64,000 nucleotides of DNA from Blastocladiella emersonii ATCC 22665 (lineage: Eukaryota; Fungi; Blastocladiomycota). The stretch lies in the NCBI GenBank assembly GCA_025594325.1, contig JANHCV010000012.1, forward strand, positions 806,001 through 870,000, in the 5' to 3' direction. The notes under the pieces were generated by a model, which saw only the letters and a program-made list of their open reading frames with translations, had not been told where the DNA came from and did not search any database. Positions 1-13,514 of the stretch are shown piece after piece. The number at the start of each line of letters is the position of its first letter. Within the stretch, counting starts at the first letter, position 1. A program made the position numbers and the translations under genes.

Positions 1-1804
1 CGGAACAGCATCTGGTTCTCGGTGAGTGTACCGGTCTTGTCGGTGAAGAGGTACGAGACCTGGCCGAGCTCCTCGTTGAGCGAGGCGGTGCGCGCCTCGG
101 CGGGCTGGTCGGTCGGCTCGTGGTACATTTGCAGGTCGTGGTTCATGAAGGTGGCCTGGACGAGCTTGACGATCTCGAGCGTCACGTACAGCGAGATGGG
201 AATCATGGTGTTGTACAGGATCACGAACGTGAAGAAGGCCGACACGTAACCCGACGCCGTGTTCGCCGTGTTGGCCGAGGCCACGGCGGCGGCGGCCGAC
301 GGCGACAGCTTGGCGAGGGCGAACGCCGGGAACTCGAGGTACCGGCGCACCGTCTTGTCCCAGGCGGCGCCCAGGATCGTGCTGACGATCGACAGCAGCA
401 GCACGCATGCGAAGATGATCACGACGACGCGGTTGGTCTGCTTCTCGAGGTTCGGCACCTTGGTGCGCTTGTTGCGGTTCGCGTTGCGGCGGATCTTGGT
501 CTCCTCGCCCGTGAAGATGGCCATGCCGATGGCCTCGGGCGTGTTGCGCAGCGTGGTCCCGCGCAGCAGAAGGTTGCCGATCGTCAGCGGCACCTTGGTG
601 TGGTCGGGCAGCGCCACGGACCCGTCGAAGTTGTACAGGTCCTCGTTCGGGTCCTCGGCCTCGATGATGGCTACATTCGGCGAGCGAGTGTCAGTGGTGA
701 TGCTCGTGCGAGCGAAACGCGAAGAAGGGAGTAAGTACCCTTGAAGCTGGCCACGTCGTCGAGCGAGTTGAGCAGGGCCTGGATCTGCGGCACGGCCTGG
801 CGCTGCTTGAGGTTGGACTCGCCGTCGAGCTGCGACGTCTGGATGTAGCACAGCCCCTGGTCGAGCGGGGTGCGGAGGAGGACGAGGTCGGCGGGCACGG
901 CCTTGTCCTTCTTCACGCGCACGATATCGCCGACCTGGACCGTCTCCCAGGCCTTGTACTCCCAGTGCGCGGGCACGCCGTTCGGGTCGTCGGGCCCGCC
1001 GACCAGCACCTCGACGAGATCCTTGTTCTCGGCGTCGTCGCGCTTGTGGCGCAGCCAGTCGTCGTACGCCTCGCGCATCATGGCGAGCCCGACAAACAGG
1101 ACCAGCGGCAGCAGCGTCGTGTACTGGCCCGTCGGCGACCACCCGGGCACCTGCTGCAGCCCGGCAATGAACAGAAAGTACAGGTTGGCCAGCTTGCTGA
1201 ACTGCGTGAACAGCTGCTTGGGCAGGAACGTCGCCGCGTTGTACCGCGCCGTCGTGATCCGGTTGTCGACGAACCCCGCGGTCTGGAACCGCGCGCCCGA
1301 CGTGGCACCCGCACCGCGGCCGCTCCGCCGGCTCGTCCCCGTCGCGGATTTCGGAAGCGTGCTGTGCGTCGCCGACGGGTCGCTGTGGTGCGACACGGCC
1401 ACGACCGACGTCAGCGCGAGCGCTCCTGCACCCGCAGTCCCGGGAGGATCGTGCGGGATCGACTCGGCGGGCGTCTCGTGGAGCTGCGGCGCGTGGTGAT
1501 GGTGGTGCGTCGGCGGGGCGACCGATGGCGTCGAGGTAGCAGCCGCGGCAGATGCATCAGCGACGGCGGGCCCCGACGAGGTCGCGGCGACAACGGACGC
1601 GCGGCCTAAGGTGCCCGTGCACGCGGGCGCGGCAGGCGCGCTGGCGGACGGCGCCTTGTGGTGCAGCAGCACGACGCGGCCGGCGTGGTCGAATGCCGAC
1701 GACCCGTAGACGAGCGCCACGAGCGGCGCGGGAAGCCACTGCACGAGCCGCGGCGGGGGCGCGCGCCGTCGCCGCGTGCGCCGCGGGATCGTGGTGGGCG
1801 GCAT
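1..1804 (-). CDS. P4-type ATPase (phospholipid flippase), 5' part; runs off the window edge
   Basis: N-terminal DNRITTARYNAATFLPKQLFTQFSKLANLYFLFI, A-domain TSQLDGESNLKQR, intron 738..671 (GTACTT..TAG), then EAEDPNEDLYNFDG, PISLYVTLEIVK and the phosphorylation motif TDKTGTLTEN at the window edge. Confidence 0.95.
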
Positions 1805-3058
1805 GGTGGCGAGGTGCGTTTTGATGCGTTGCGATGAGTTCCGTGGTAGGAGGGCTATAGAGGGGAGAGAGAAGGGAGGGTTAGCGAGCGGTCATCGCCT
1901 CCCCCGCACCACCGCCACGCTGTGCGCCACACTCGAGCGCCGAATTTTCTGCGCGCGGGGCAACGGGCGCCAGGGAAGCCTTGATCGGCTGCCCTGATCG
2001 AGAAGAGATGGCGGTCGGCCGTACCAGAGTTTCCTCGCGGAGGGCTAGCCTCGTGCGGGCGGGTGAGCGAGATGGGCGAGGCACGCCGGGAAAAGAAACC
2101 CGCGTACCCAGGCTCAGGTGGACGACGACGACCTCCGTTTGGGCGAGTTGTCGCGCATGTGGCCGGCCAGCGGGCGCACACGCAGAGGGCCTCGACCGAC
2201 GCCAAGGACGACGAGGTGAGGAGGAGGAAGAGCCTTGGCGCGGCCCGACAAGGGGGGCGGGCGACTGACGAGGCGGGTCAAGGGTTCTCCCGTCGAGCGG
2301 GCGAGCGAGCAAACGAGGGTATCGCAGAGGGGGGTATGCGGCAGGAGAGCGAGCGAGCGGCCGGCGTAGCGAGGACCCGGCTGACGGATCGGATCCGGTG
2401 CAGCAAGTTGCGGCAGGTCGCCTGCGATCCCGGACCAGCCAGGCGATGATGGCGAAGGCCGCGATGTGTCACACCCGCGAGCGCGCGGCGGTTGTCGATG
2501 CGTGGGTGCGGATCTCCGAGCAGCAGCGGCAGCGCGGGGATCGGTAGTGCTACGGGTCGTCGATTCGGTGCAGCCAGTGGTTGGTTCGACGCGGCCGGAG
2601 CGAGTTGCAGGCGGTGCAGATGCGCATATGCTCGGGCCGGACAAGGGGACGCGCGGGATACGGGATACGATACAGCGGCGCGCGGAGGGCCCGTGTCTCC
2701 CCTCCCGCTGCGTGCATGTGTGTGTCGCCGCGCGGGCGCGAGCGGTGATGCTCCACACGCGTGCGCGCGAGCAAGCCGGGCGGGAGACGCCGCGTGAACT
2801 GAACGCGGGAGGACTACCGCGGACACGTACTGGCTCGCTATTTTCTTGACGAGTAAGCGAAGCGCTTGAATGCTCGCCGTACCGACGGCGTGGCCGAGAA
2901 ACGACGGACGAGAGACGAAACGCGTCGCGTCGCGATATCATGTGACCCGCCGCACGTGGCTGCGGGACGCGTCCTGCGTTGCGCGCGCTCGGGTGGCCCG
3001 CACCCCGCGAAGCCGACTCGCCTTCAAGTTCTCGCCAGGGCCCATCGATGAAGCAAAC

Positions 3059-4348
3059 ATGACACGGCGGCCAACAACTTCATGCATTCCACTGCGGGAC
3101 CCGAGTTACGACACTGCGCATTGCTCGCCGCTTCTCTCGGCCTGTCTCTCGCCACCGGTCGGCATATCTGTTGGAGTCCCGTTTGATTTGCCCAATGCTG
3201 CATGTGCCTCGCGTCTCGAGCAAGACCCTTCGGTAGCCCGGCCGACGCTTCGCCCTGAACTCACGCCGCGCTCGAGCGCCGTCGTTGCTCGGGTGTCGCC
3301 ACGCTTGAGCGTCGTCGCTCGGCCATCGCCACGCTACACCGTGATCTCGAACTCGAACTCTATCTCGCATGCGCTTTTGACTAATATCAGCACCAAGCCG
3401 AACCGTTGCACTGCGCTTGAACCGCCCCTTGCCGCCCAGTCCTCAAGCTCGAACTGTCGCTCCCGCACTTCCGTGACCGCGCCCAACACGGGTGCCGATG
3501 CGGCACCGAAGCCTTGGCAGCCTTGGCACGACTCTCTCATCGACTTCCCTAGCTCAAGCTCGCACTCGAATCCGGCTTTATCTCGACCAAACGATAACCT
3601 TGCACGGGCGGAACCATCACTCACCACGCCGACCTCTCGTTCGAACGCGAACTCGCGTACTCCTTTGATTGCTCTCGTGTCCAACCTTGCCTTTGCACCC
3701 GCGGAGGCACCCGCGGAACCATCACTCGCCGCCGCTCCGACTCCACCCTCGAACACGCTTGATTTCCTGGCCGAAGTCTCCTATTTTTTGACTCAAAGCG
3801 TGCTCAGTTTACAGGCAGACGTCGTGTCCGAGGTCGATCCTCCCGTCTCGCCCTCGCCCACGCTTGCCGACGGCGAGGGGCAGGCCGACATTCCACGTCC
3901 TCTGCACACCTATTACGAGCTCGTCTCCATGGCCATTGCATCGACGCCTGACCGCATGGCGACCATCGAGCACATCTACGATTATCTCCAGACGAACTTC
4001 GCGTACTTCCGATGCGGTGACGTGCCCACAAAGCGGGTACGTTTTGTCACTTCGTTTGCTTCGTCGTGCGTGTACTAGTAGTAACCCGCCGTACCATTTC
4101 ACGTGTAGAAAGCGATCCGCAGTGCGCTCAGCCGCGGGCGCTTCACCCTCGTCCCCGCCGACGAGCGCGCTCCGTACCGCCCGCCCAGACCCAACGGCCG
4201 CCGCATCTTGTATTGGAAGTCTTGCGAGGACCATCCCGCCGAAGTTCTTGGGACCGAGGTTCGCGAACTCGGCGCTGCGACGAGCCCGATTTCCGCTGGC
4301 GCCGCGGCCCGTGAGCGCCCGTCCAAGCGGCGGCGAACCGCGCGGTAG
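3059..4348 (+). CDS. Divergent forkhead-domain protein, array copy 1 (single FKH, intact)
   Basis: RPLHTYYELVSMAIASTPDRMATIEHIYDYLQTNFAYFR; intron 4037..4108; exon 2 KAIRSALSRGRFTLVP..RILYW; C-terminal basic RPSKRRRTAR. Confidence 0.85.
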
Positions 4349-4571
4349 ATGAGCTCAACCAAGTGACCGCCTCGATATACTTAGCTTGATGACTTGTGTG
4401 AGTGGAGACACGCGATGGGAGACGCGAGGCGATATCATGTGACGTCCGCTTGATCACGCGTAGCTGCGAGACGCGTCGCGTCGCGTCGCGCGCGACGGTC
4501 AGCACCCCGAGTATCGACCGCGAAATCCGCTCGCGATCAAGTTCCCACCCACGGCCTTGTATGAAGAAATC

Positions 4572-5639
4572 ATGGAGCATCGACCAGCAACTGCATGGAC
4601 TCCCCAGCGGGACCCGATCGACGACGCCGCACCTTGCTCGCCGGATCTCCCGGCCTATAACTCGCCACCAGTCGGTATATCGTTTGATCTGCCCACCACC
4701 ACTCATGGTTTCGGGTGCAAGCACGAGTCTCTCATTCTCCCGCGGACGGAGTTGTCCGAAATTCGCCTTGTCCTTAAACCGCCTGTACACAACTGTCCGG
4801 AATCGCCTCGCGACACTCGTACCGCGTACTCGAGCGCTAAATCGTCTGCAATCTCGGACGCAACCAATCCGGAACAGCGTCTTCTCCCCGAGCCATCACT
4901 CCCTACACCGCTCGCTCGCTCGGGCGCGAGCCTGAGTGATCCTGCGGCCATTCCCTCGCCGCAAGACCTTCCCGTCGCACCAGCCGAGCCATCTCTGCCA
5001 GCCCCGACCTCTGGCGCGACCTTGAGCTCCGTCTCGCTTACCTCTTCGGCCGACACGGCCTCTCTCTCCAAATCAAGCCAGCTTGATCCAGCGGCCGGCG
5101 ACGACGCGTCCGAGGCCACCCGTTTGGCCACGCCTCCCCCCGCGAAAGCCGAGGGACAGGCGGACCTCCCTCGTCCTCCGTACAGCAACCTCGAGCTCAT
5201 CTGTATGGCCTTGGCATCGAAAACCGACCGCATGGCGACCATCGAGCACATCTACGACTTTCTTCAATCGCGCTTCGAGTATTTTCGATGTGGCGACGTG
5301 CGCAGGAAGCGGGTACGTCTCACTCTCCCTTTCCCGAAAAACAACTGCTACGCGTGCATCCAATAACCCGACCTTTCGTTCGACGACGTCGTGTAGAAAG
5401 CAATTCGTTCCGCGCTGAACTATGTCCCCTACTTTGCCCGCGTCCCTGCAAGCGTGCGCGCGCCCTCCTACCAGCCTGGATTGAACCGCCAACCGCTCCT
5501 GTACTGGACGGTTCACGAGTCGGTGATTACGCAAGTGCTCAAGCCAAAGGCCCGCGGGGGCGGGGCGGCGGTGTGCCTGGATTCGGCGCACGACGACGCG
5601 GGCGGTGAGCCTCCGGCTAAGCGGCACCGGGCCGAGTAG
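4572..5639 (+). CDS. Divergent forkhead-domain protein, copy 2 (single FKH, intact)
   Basis: RPPYSNLELICMALASKTDRMATIEHIYDFLQSRFEYFR; intron 5313..5396; exon 2 KAIRSALNYVPYFARVP..LLYW; ends PPAKRHRAE. Confidence 0.88.
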
Positions 5640-5858
5640 TCGTTGGTTTTAGGGTTACGGCTGCCTCGATATAGATATACATGGGTTTGGCGACTTGTGA
5701 GTCGGGACACGGTGGTGTGAGACACGATGTGAGACGCGAAGCGAAATCATGTGATGGCTGCGCCACAACCCAGCTTGTCGATCATCGCTGTGTCTCAGGG
5801 GCTTCAGGGCGCACATCACCTCACCGTGAAGCCGAAGAACCAACCAAGCTCATGAAAC

Positions 5859-7575
5859 ATGGACACGTCACTTGCAGCATTTGGATTTACACTCAACTTG
5901 ACGCTGTGCTCAGCCGGTCGCAGCGCCGAAGGAACCTCGCCGCCACGGTCGCCGTCCCCGTCCCTGTCGCTCCCGGCATGCGACTCGCCGCCCGCTGGGC
6001 TGTCAGTGACTTCCTCGCTTCCCACCGAAACCCCGATTGCATGGGCCGTTTCTGCGCTTCCATGTGGTCCCTCGCCGCCTCGCCCAGTCTGGTTCCCTGC
6101 GGACGCCGACTCAGTCTCTGCGAAAAGCTCCGTCTGGGACTATGCGCTTGATGTGAGCGCTTCGCTATCCGAAGAGGATATCTATCTACTTGCTCCGGCT
6201 ACCGACGTCTCGGTGGACCAGCGGACAACGCTTCAGTCGGCATACGATGTCACGGTTGGGGCCGAAATCGACTCGTTTCCCCCCGCCGCACGGCACGCTT
6301 GCCCCGCACGACGTCAACGGTAATTCCGATATTCCGGTCGATCGGCCAGAGCTTGTCTCATCTTCGCTTCACGTGTCACCACCTCGATGCCAGTTTGTGA
6401 CGGAGGCTTCCACAGATGATCCTTCAGCTGCTTCGTCCTGCTCCCCGCAACCGACTCGTTCTCTACCAACTGCACCGACGACCCGATTTCCGATCCCGCT
6501 CGATTTACTCCCCTCCCCAGCGCCCGAATTTTGGCACCGCGGTATGCTCGAGCTGGCGGTCGCGGACCCATCGGACGGAACCATGCACCAGCGGCCGCAG
6601 CAGTCCATTACTCAGCTCATCCTTGAAGCTCTTGCGGCGTCCTCCGACCGCGCAGCGTCGACGGCTGAACTGTACGAGTGGTTCCCTATGCATCACCCGT
6701 ATTTCCGGTTCGCCAACACCAAGCGGTGGCAGGTTCGCACGCTGATTCCGTGTCTGGTGATAAATCACGCAAACTGACGCAAGCTTCCGCGCGTAGAAGG
6801 CCGTCCGCAGCACCTTGATCAACAACCCGATCTTTGAAAGCTTTCGCACTTCACGCCCCCCTCAATGCTACAAGTGGCACGCTAATGCCGCCCATACGGC
6901 TCGGATGGATACCCACGAGAGCACGCGTGCTGGACTTTCGCCCGCTACAGTGTTAGCCGCTCCAACTTTGGTCAAACACGACTCGTCGGGAACCAATCCA
7001 GCGGCGCAAGTGCACCAGCGCACTCCGTATGATCCTGATTTTGGCACCGCGCCCGCTGCCTCACACGCCAGTTCGTCAGAGGGTGTTGGCGGTGATCCCA
7101 ATGCCAAGCTCTCGGCCACCGATCCCGCAACCGGCCAAGTTCATTGGCGCCCGCGCCTGTCGTGCGTCCAACTTGCCAGCTTGGCCTTTGCCTTTTCCGC
7201 GGCGGTTGATCGCCGGCTGACCCTGCCGCAGATCGTGGACTACATCCAGCTGCGGTTCCCCTACTTTCTGTTCAGCAGTTCCAAGAGATTGCGCGTATGT
7301 CATTGATCCCCGTTACGGCGCGGCAGCAGTAATTGACATGGTTGCACCCAGCACACTTGTAGAGCTCGCTTTCAGACGCTACGCGCGCGCATCCTGCGTT
7401 CTCATCAATCGCGGGAGCGCGGACTGGACCGAAGAAGAAGGGCACCGCGTTGCCTACCTGGACGATCTCGGAGGAAGACCTCGCGGCGTTGCTCCCTTAT
7501 GCCACTGACCTTTTCGCTTCTGCAGACTCAGGGAGCAGCGAACGCGAATTGAAGCGGCGCCGGACTGCGGCGTGA
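5859..7575 (+). pseudogene. Double-forkhead gene, copy 3; +1 frameshift in the N-terminal region (pseudogene or assembly error)
   Basis: ORF 5859..6323 switches frame to ORF 6190..6777; a C6 run at 6279-6284 is a candidate site. Two FKH domains with introns 6733..6798 and about 7296..7361. Last exon WTISEEDLAALLP..LKRRRTAA*. Confidence 0.75.
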
Positions 7576-7802
7576 CGGTGCGATAGATGAGCTCAACTCT
7601 GAACATGTCCAAATATATGTTTTGCTCGCTCTGAAATGGAGCCGCGACGTACTACCTACGGCGTATGACGTGAGACACGACGTGAGACGCGAGGGGAAAT
7701 CATGTGATGGCTGCGCCACAAGCCAGCCGATCGGTCATCCGCGCATCAGGGGCACACAACTTCTCTCGCCGTGGAGGTCAAAACCAATGAAGCTGATGAA
7801 AC

Positions 7803-9050
7803 ATGGACACACCACTTGCAGCATTTGAATCTACACCCAACCCGAGGCAGTTCTCGGCCAGTCGCAGCGCCGAGCAGACCCCGCCGTCGCCGCTGCGGTC
7901 GCCGTCTCCGTCTCTGTCGCTCCCGGAGTGCGATTCCCCGCCCGTTGGCTTACCTCCAGCTTTCCTGTTTCCGACAGAGCACTCAGCTGCTTGGAGCCCT
8001 CCTCCCGTGCCTCAGTTTGGTACCTCGTCGCCTCCTCCGAGTCATTTCGCTGCAAGTATCGAGGTTGCGACCTCGCTGACTTGTCCCCGAGCCGATGAAG
8101 GGCCGTGTGTGAACGAATCTTCGACCGAATCTGAGTCTGCCTCGCTCGCGCTAGCCGCAAGTCCTCCTTGTTTCACTTCCCCGTCTTGTTCCACACAGCC
8201 AGCGCTCTCTACCTCGCCAACTCGTTCTCCTATCCCGCTTGCGTCACAGGGCGCCCGGGCGCCGAATATTTGGCATCGTGGCATGCTTGAGCTGGCCGTC
8301 GCGGACCCATCGGACGGAACCGTGCACCCGCGGCCGCAGGAGTCCATTACTCAGCTCATCCTTGAAGCTCTTGCGGCGTCTCCCAACAACTTTGCGACAA
8401 CGGCCGAAATCTGTACCTGGTTCACCGCGCACCACTCTTATTTCCGTTTCGCCAATGCCAAGCGGTGGCAGGAACGTGCTCTCTTGTTGCGTTGCAGCAG
8501 ACGCGTAGACTGACGTTCTCGCTAAACTGTAGAATGCCGTTCGCACCACCTTGACCAGCAACCCGGCCTTTGAAAGCTTCTACACTTCGCGTAATAAGTC
8601 GCTCAAGTGGCGAACTTCTGCCGGCCGACCAGCTCGGGCGGATAACAGCAGTGGCGAACCCGCTGGACTTTCCGCGGCTCCAGTGGCAACCGCTCCGCCT
8701 TTGGTCAACCACGACTCGTCAGGGAGTGATGGATCGGATCAAATGCATCAGCACGCTACGCTTGGCCGTGATTCCGACACCACATCGGCTGCATCGCATG
8801 CCTTTCCGCCGCAGAAACTGCGTGGCGTTCCCAGTGCCAAACTCTCGGTCACGGATCCTGTCACCGGCGAAGTTCATTGGCGCCCGCCCCTGACGTGGGC
8901 GCAGCTCGCCGGCTTAGCTATTACTGCGTCAGTCGACCGCCGGCAGACTCTGCGTCAAATATTCGACTACGTCCAGATGCGGTTCCCCTACTTCCGTTTT
9001 GGCAACGCCACTACAATGCACGTAAGTTGGCCCCACGGTGCGGTGCAGCA
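7803..9050 (+). pseudogene. Double-forkhead gene, copy 4; first splice donor lost and 3' end truncated
   Basis: Close paralog of copy 3. The donor reads TGGCAG|GAACGT at 8472 instead of GT. The second intron starts GTAAGT at 9022 but runs into an unrelated minus-strand fragment; no last exon. Confidence 0.78.
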
Positions 9051-9266
9051 GCAGCGGTTGCTCGTCGCCTCGCGTGCGTTCTCGGCGTCAATCTCGGCCT
9101 AGAGGGCGCGCGAGAAGGTCTTGAAGTCGGCGTCGCGCTTGAGCGTCACAATGTAGCGGTCCTTGAGCGACACGGGCGCGCGCACGCCGTTGTTGGGAGC
9201 CGCGTTGGTCAAGGAAGCCGTCGCGAGCACGAACGCGAGAGCGGTGATGAGGGCCTTGATCTGCAT
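9050..9266 (-). pseudogene. 5' fragment of a secreted subtilisin-like (S8) protease: signal peptide plus start of an I9 propeptide
   Basis: MQIKALITALAFVLATASLTNAAPNNGVRAPVSLKDRYIVTLKRDADFKTFSRAL* then AEIDAENAREATSNR. Hydrophobic signal plus a YIVTLK motif typical of I9 propeptides; TAG at 9099-9101; no catalytic domain. Confidence 0.6.
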
Positions 9267-10256
9267 GGTGGTGGTGTCGGTTGCCGTCGGTGCGTATAGT
9301 GTTCCAACTTCGATGATTGATCTACTGCTTGTCTGTCGGGTCCACGCTGGGAGAGAGGGGGAGCGGCTGGTATTTATTGGTTCCGCACTGCAGCCGTGCG
9401 CAGCGGAGCGATGCGCTGGCCACCGCTCACCCGAGCCCTCGCATTCGCTGCTGCGCCTCACGGGCCATCATGGGGCCGGGTCGCTGAGCGTGCGCATGCG
9501 CGCGAGCTCGACTCGTCGGCCATGTGGGCCACAAACTTGCGAGCTCGTGCACGCTCAACGCCACATCTTCCTCACGCGCACACTGCCTCGCCGTGATCTG
9601 TCCCCATAACCCGCGGACGGAGCCAGCTCGCGCGGATGAGTGTTCACGGGGCCGGTCACGGGAAAAAGGCTCCCCGTAGAGGACGTGCGCACGCGCGCGG
9701 AAACGAAACCGCTTGGCCCACGGACGCACGCGCGCGAGTTGCTCGAGATGTCTCGCGTGATCGAGACACTGTTCTAGAAATGTGTGACATCGACGCGTCT
9801 GGTGCCCGAGGTATCGCATCGTGACAAAACCCGGCATTGGCAAGGGCCTCATAAACAGTGCTCGTCGAAACGCCCTCTTGCTGTCAAGTTGAACATGAAC
9901 AAATTCTACGCGTCGCGTTTCATTCCAGGCAGCGATGAAGCGACAGCCACCGACTACGTGGAGCTGCACGCGTGAGGAAGCATGATCGGCGCGTGGACTC
10001 TGCTTGAAAACATTTGTCCAAAGTGCTGATGAAAAATCGTGTCAAGTATCGTGCGTGTGAATTGTGATGTGCATGAAGCCACTGAACTTGCACGGAAATT
10101 TATGGCGAGCGCCGCCAACGGGAAGTAGCGCGCCCAGCGACGCGACGGGATATCATGTGATGGGCGGCGCCACACTCGGAGACAGGTTCTCCAGCCTTCG
10201 CGCGAGCCGGCTTGCCGTCGATAAGCGTCACTCCACTTAATAAAGCGAATGGAATT

Positions 10257-11970
10257 ATGGATCCCTCACTTTATGCATTTGCATCTTTGCCCAATGAACA
10301 GCCGATTGCGCCCGCGCAGCTGTCAAAGTCGAGTTCACGGTCGCGGTCGCCCTCCCCGGCTCTCTCACTTCCTTGCTGCGACTCTCCGCCCGCCGGGTTG
10401 TCAGTTGATTCCATTTTTATGAATGAGCACCCAATCGCTTGGGACTCGTCTGCGCCTCAGTTCACCCTCTTCCAGTCCTGCAGACCCAATTCCCACGCGA
10501 GCGCCGCGGCCATGGTCGCGGCCCCTTGTGAGCGAAGTGCGGGCACCTTTGTACCTGCAGCTCTAGTAACTGAACTCGAAGAACCATGCAATGCTGAGCC
10601 CCAAACGTTGGATGCGAATTACGGTTCATCAAACCTGGCGTCCGAGCTGCACGACATTGCTGCACCTCGCTCGCCGAGTACCGACGCAACTGTTTCCGAC
10701 GGCAATCCAGCATCGTCCGCGAGTCCATTTTCGACTTGCGTGACCAATGAACTCGAAGAGTACGTTGGCGCCAACTCGGGATGCCCACGCACGTTGGGCG
10801 TAATCGCATCCACCCGCTCGCCCGCGCCAATCTTGCAGCCAGTATCGCTCGCGTCGACGGCTACTTTACCTGAGGCGAATTCGGCAACCTTGACGCGTCT
10901 GCCGCCCGAAATCTGGCACAGGGGTCTGCTTGAACTAGCAACAACCGATCCCTCAGATGGGACGGTGCACCACCGGCCGCCGAAAATCAATTACCGAGCT
11001 TATCCATCTCGCATTGGACGCAACACCCAGTCACGCCAAGACTTTGCCGAACATTTTTGAATGGATTCGGGCCTACCACCCGTTCTATCGGTTCGCTGAC
11101 ATCAAACGGTGGCAGGTAAGTGAAGCATTCGCCCGCGCGCAGGTGCTAAGAGTTGAGACTAATCCACGCGCACAAATGTAGGCGGCGCTTCGCGCGACTT
11201 TGGTCAACAACCCGGAATTTGAAGAGTTTCGCGCTTCGCCAACTGGCCCAAAGAAATGGCGGGCAATTACCGCGCAAGCGACGCATGCACCGCTGCTTGA
11301 CCAGAGTTGCCAAGTCGACGATCTCCCTACGCCCGAGACGCCTGAATCCGTGGTCCGGGCTTCACGCAACATGGTCACCAAGCGTAGCAGGAGCGCAATA
11401 CTCGAACCTCTTGGCGTTCCGCTCACTACGCCAGACATCGCGGCTGGTATTTTGGATTGCTCTGCATCTCAACCTGCCGCTTCCCGCCGTGGCGTAATTA
11501 AAAACCCGCGCCGACTGAACAAGCATGAGCGTTCGACCACTGACCCCGCGACTGGCGAGGTCCACCAGCGCCCAAACCTATCGTACTTGCAAATCGTATG
11601 CATGGTCTTCGCAGCATCGGCTAATCGCCGGCTGACCGGGCAAGAAGTTTATGACTGGGTCCAAACGCGATACCCGTTCTTCCGCTTTGGCAACGTCGCA
11701 GGGAAACGCGTACGATTTGGTCATGGTGTCACACCGCAGAACGTTTTCTGATGCGCCGCGCGCTTGTAGGCTGCAATTCTTCAAACCCTGAGCAAGCACG
11801 ACATGTTCACTCGCGCGTCAGGTAGTCCAGGGCCGCAGCGTTCAGGGCCAGTTATCTGGACCATCACCGAGGAAAACCTTGCAGAGCTTCTCCCTTCGAG
11901 CTTTTTTGAGCTTTCAGCCGAAGAACTTGCGGAAGCAAATGCTCTGAAGAGGCAGCGAACGGTGGGCTAA
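10257..11970 (+). pseudogene. Double-forkhead gene, copy 5; +1 frameshift at the start of FKH1 (pseudogene or assembly error)
   Basis: An A4 run at 10983-10986 breaks RPPK|SITELIHLAL. Introns about 11116..11179 and 11710..11769. Last exon AAILQTLSKHDMF..WTITEENLAELLP..LKRQRTVG*. Confidence 0.78.
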
Positions 11971-12202
11971 ACGAATCAGGCTGCTCGCGATTGAGGACTG
12001 TGCGTGTCCTCAGAGCGGAATATATCGCTGTTAATGAACGACGTAATACTTTGTAATAGGAGGTCTCGTCGAGGCTCCACTCGAGGACGCGTCGAGATAT
12101 CATGTGACCCACGCGTCGCGGCTGCGAGACGCGTCTCACGTTTTGCTCGCGTCGCGGTTTTCGGCGGTTTTACGCGCTTCGATCAATCGATATGAGACGC
12201 TC

Positions 12203-13373
12203 ATGAGACCTAGACTTGTTGCAACCATGCCATACTCGCAATTCGGCTTGGGTTCTGCAGCACAGGATGTTGGAGGCCAGTCTCGATCGCGGTCGACGAC
12301 GCTTCCCGACTGTGACTCGCCGCCTGCTGGGCTCTGGCCACGCAATGCCGTGTCTCGTCCCACTTGCGACCAAGTTTATGATTGCAGCGCTGATTTTTCA
12401 ACCTATAACGGGTTGCGCGACCACCCCGCTGGGCTCTTCTTGACTCCGCCGTTCCCCCAATCTCATTCGCTTCCACCAGCGCCGCGAGTCACGTCGAACT
12501 CTCCATCCTTTGCCGCCATGGAATTCCCGGGTCCGCATGCCGCTCCCGGACCCGTTTCGATGCAAGTCGCGATTCCAGCTGCCACGACCTACCATCACGC
12601 ACTTCCACATTCATCGCCAGCTTCAGTGAGTCTCGTTGATTCAGTTGCTCCGCTTCATCGCGAAATTAGACGGCCGGACACGGCCGCACCCGCTCCGACC
12701 TGCGCTCGCGTTGCGTTTCATGCTGCAAATCCAAACGTGTCTCATTTTGTGTCCGCAATTTCGCCCGCGCCGGTTCTCTATCACGATGACGAACCAAGTT
12801 CCGAGGGAACGGTGACCGACGACGGCGATGAACAGAGTTCTGATGGAACAGTGACGGACTGTGACCACGGCTGTGACTGCGACACGGACGACACGATTTC
12901 CTGTCACAGCGATGGACTGGAGATGGAAGCCGACCTCACGTCCACAACGGCGCCCATATCCCACGCGAGCCCTCCACGCCCATCGTTGACAAACGTGGCT
13001 CTCATCTCCTTGGCTCTCTCCTCTCGCGCCAATCGAGCCATGCTATTTCTCGAGGTTTTCGACTGGCTCCAGCTACACTACCCGTACTTTCGAACTGGCA
13101 ACATCCAGGCGAAGCGTGTACGTGAAGGCACGGTCGTGTGGAACCTGACTCGACTGACATTCTTGACTGCGCTAGAATTCTCTCCGGGCGACCTTGCGCA
13201 GCAGCGGCAGATTTTCGCACACTCCACCCGACTACCTCTTGTCCAACCAGTTGACTGAAGCTCAGCGCAACAAGCTAACACCGTGGACTATCAGCGAGCA
13301 GGATCTGACGATTGTGCTTGGGCGAGCGTTTGCAGCAAAGCGCCGTGTCAATCACAAGAACAGCATCAGCTAA
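12203..13373 (+). CDS. Divergent forkhead-domain protein, copy 6 (single FKH, intact)
   Basis: PPRPSLTNVALISLALSSRANRAMLFLEVFDWLQLHYPYFR; intron about 13117..13174; exon 2 NSLRATLRSSGRF..WTISEQDLTIVL. Confidence 0.85.
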
Positions 13374-13514
13374 CCAGTACTGACGTGACGAATTCGCTGG
13401 ACGCGACTTGCTCGCCGTGTCACAGTCCCAATACGCCAATGTACATTCCCGCTCAACTTGAAAGGCGCTAGCGGTATACAAAACTGTCTCTGGAATGCGC
13501 GTCTGTCGGCGGTC

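Noticed and set aside
22-744. Plus-strand ORFs opposite the flippase, and similar long antisense ORFs opposite the kinase (29079..31109), the INO80E-like gene and malate synthase
   Set aside because: Shadow ORFs caused by strong C/G third-position bias on the coding strand; no independent protein features.
6320-6430. Intron starting GTAATT that might bypass the copy-3 frameshift
   Set aside because: No nearby AG (6349, 6351, 6393, 6415, 6427) restores the downstream frame.
10022-10090. Possible box C/D snoRNA (CTGATGA..CTGA with a 4-bp AAGT/ACTT stem)
   Set aside because: Only about 60 nt, imperfect C box, and no rRNA-complementary guide recognised; would need snoscan or small-RNA data.
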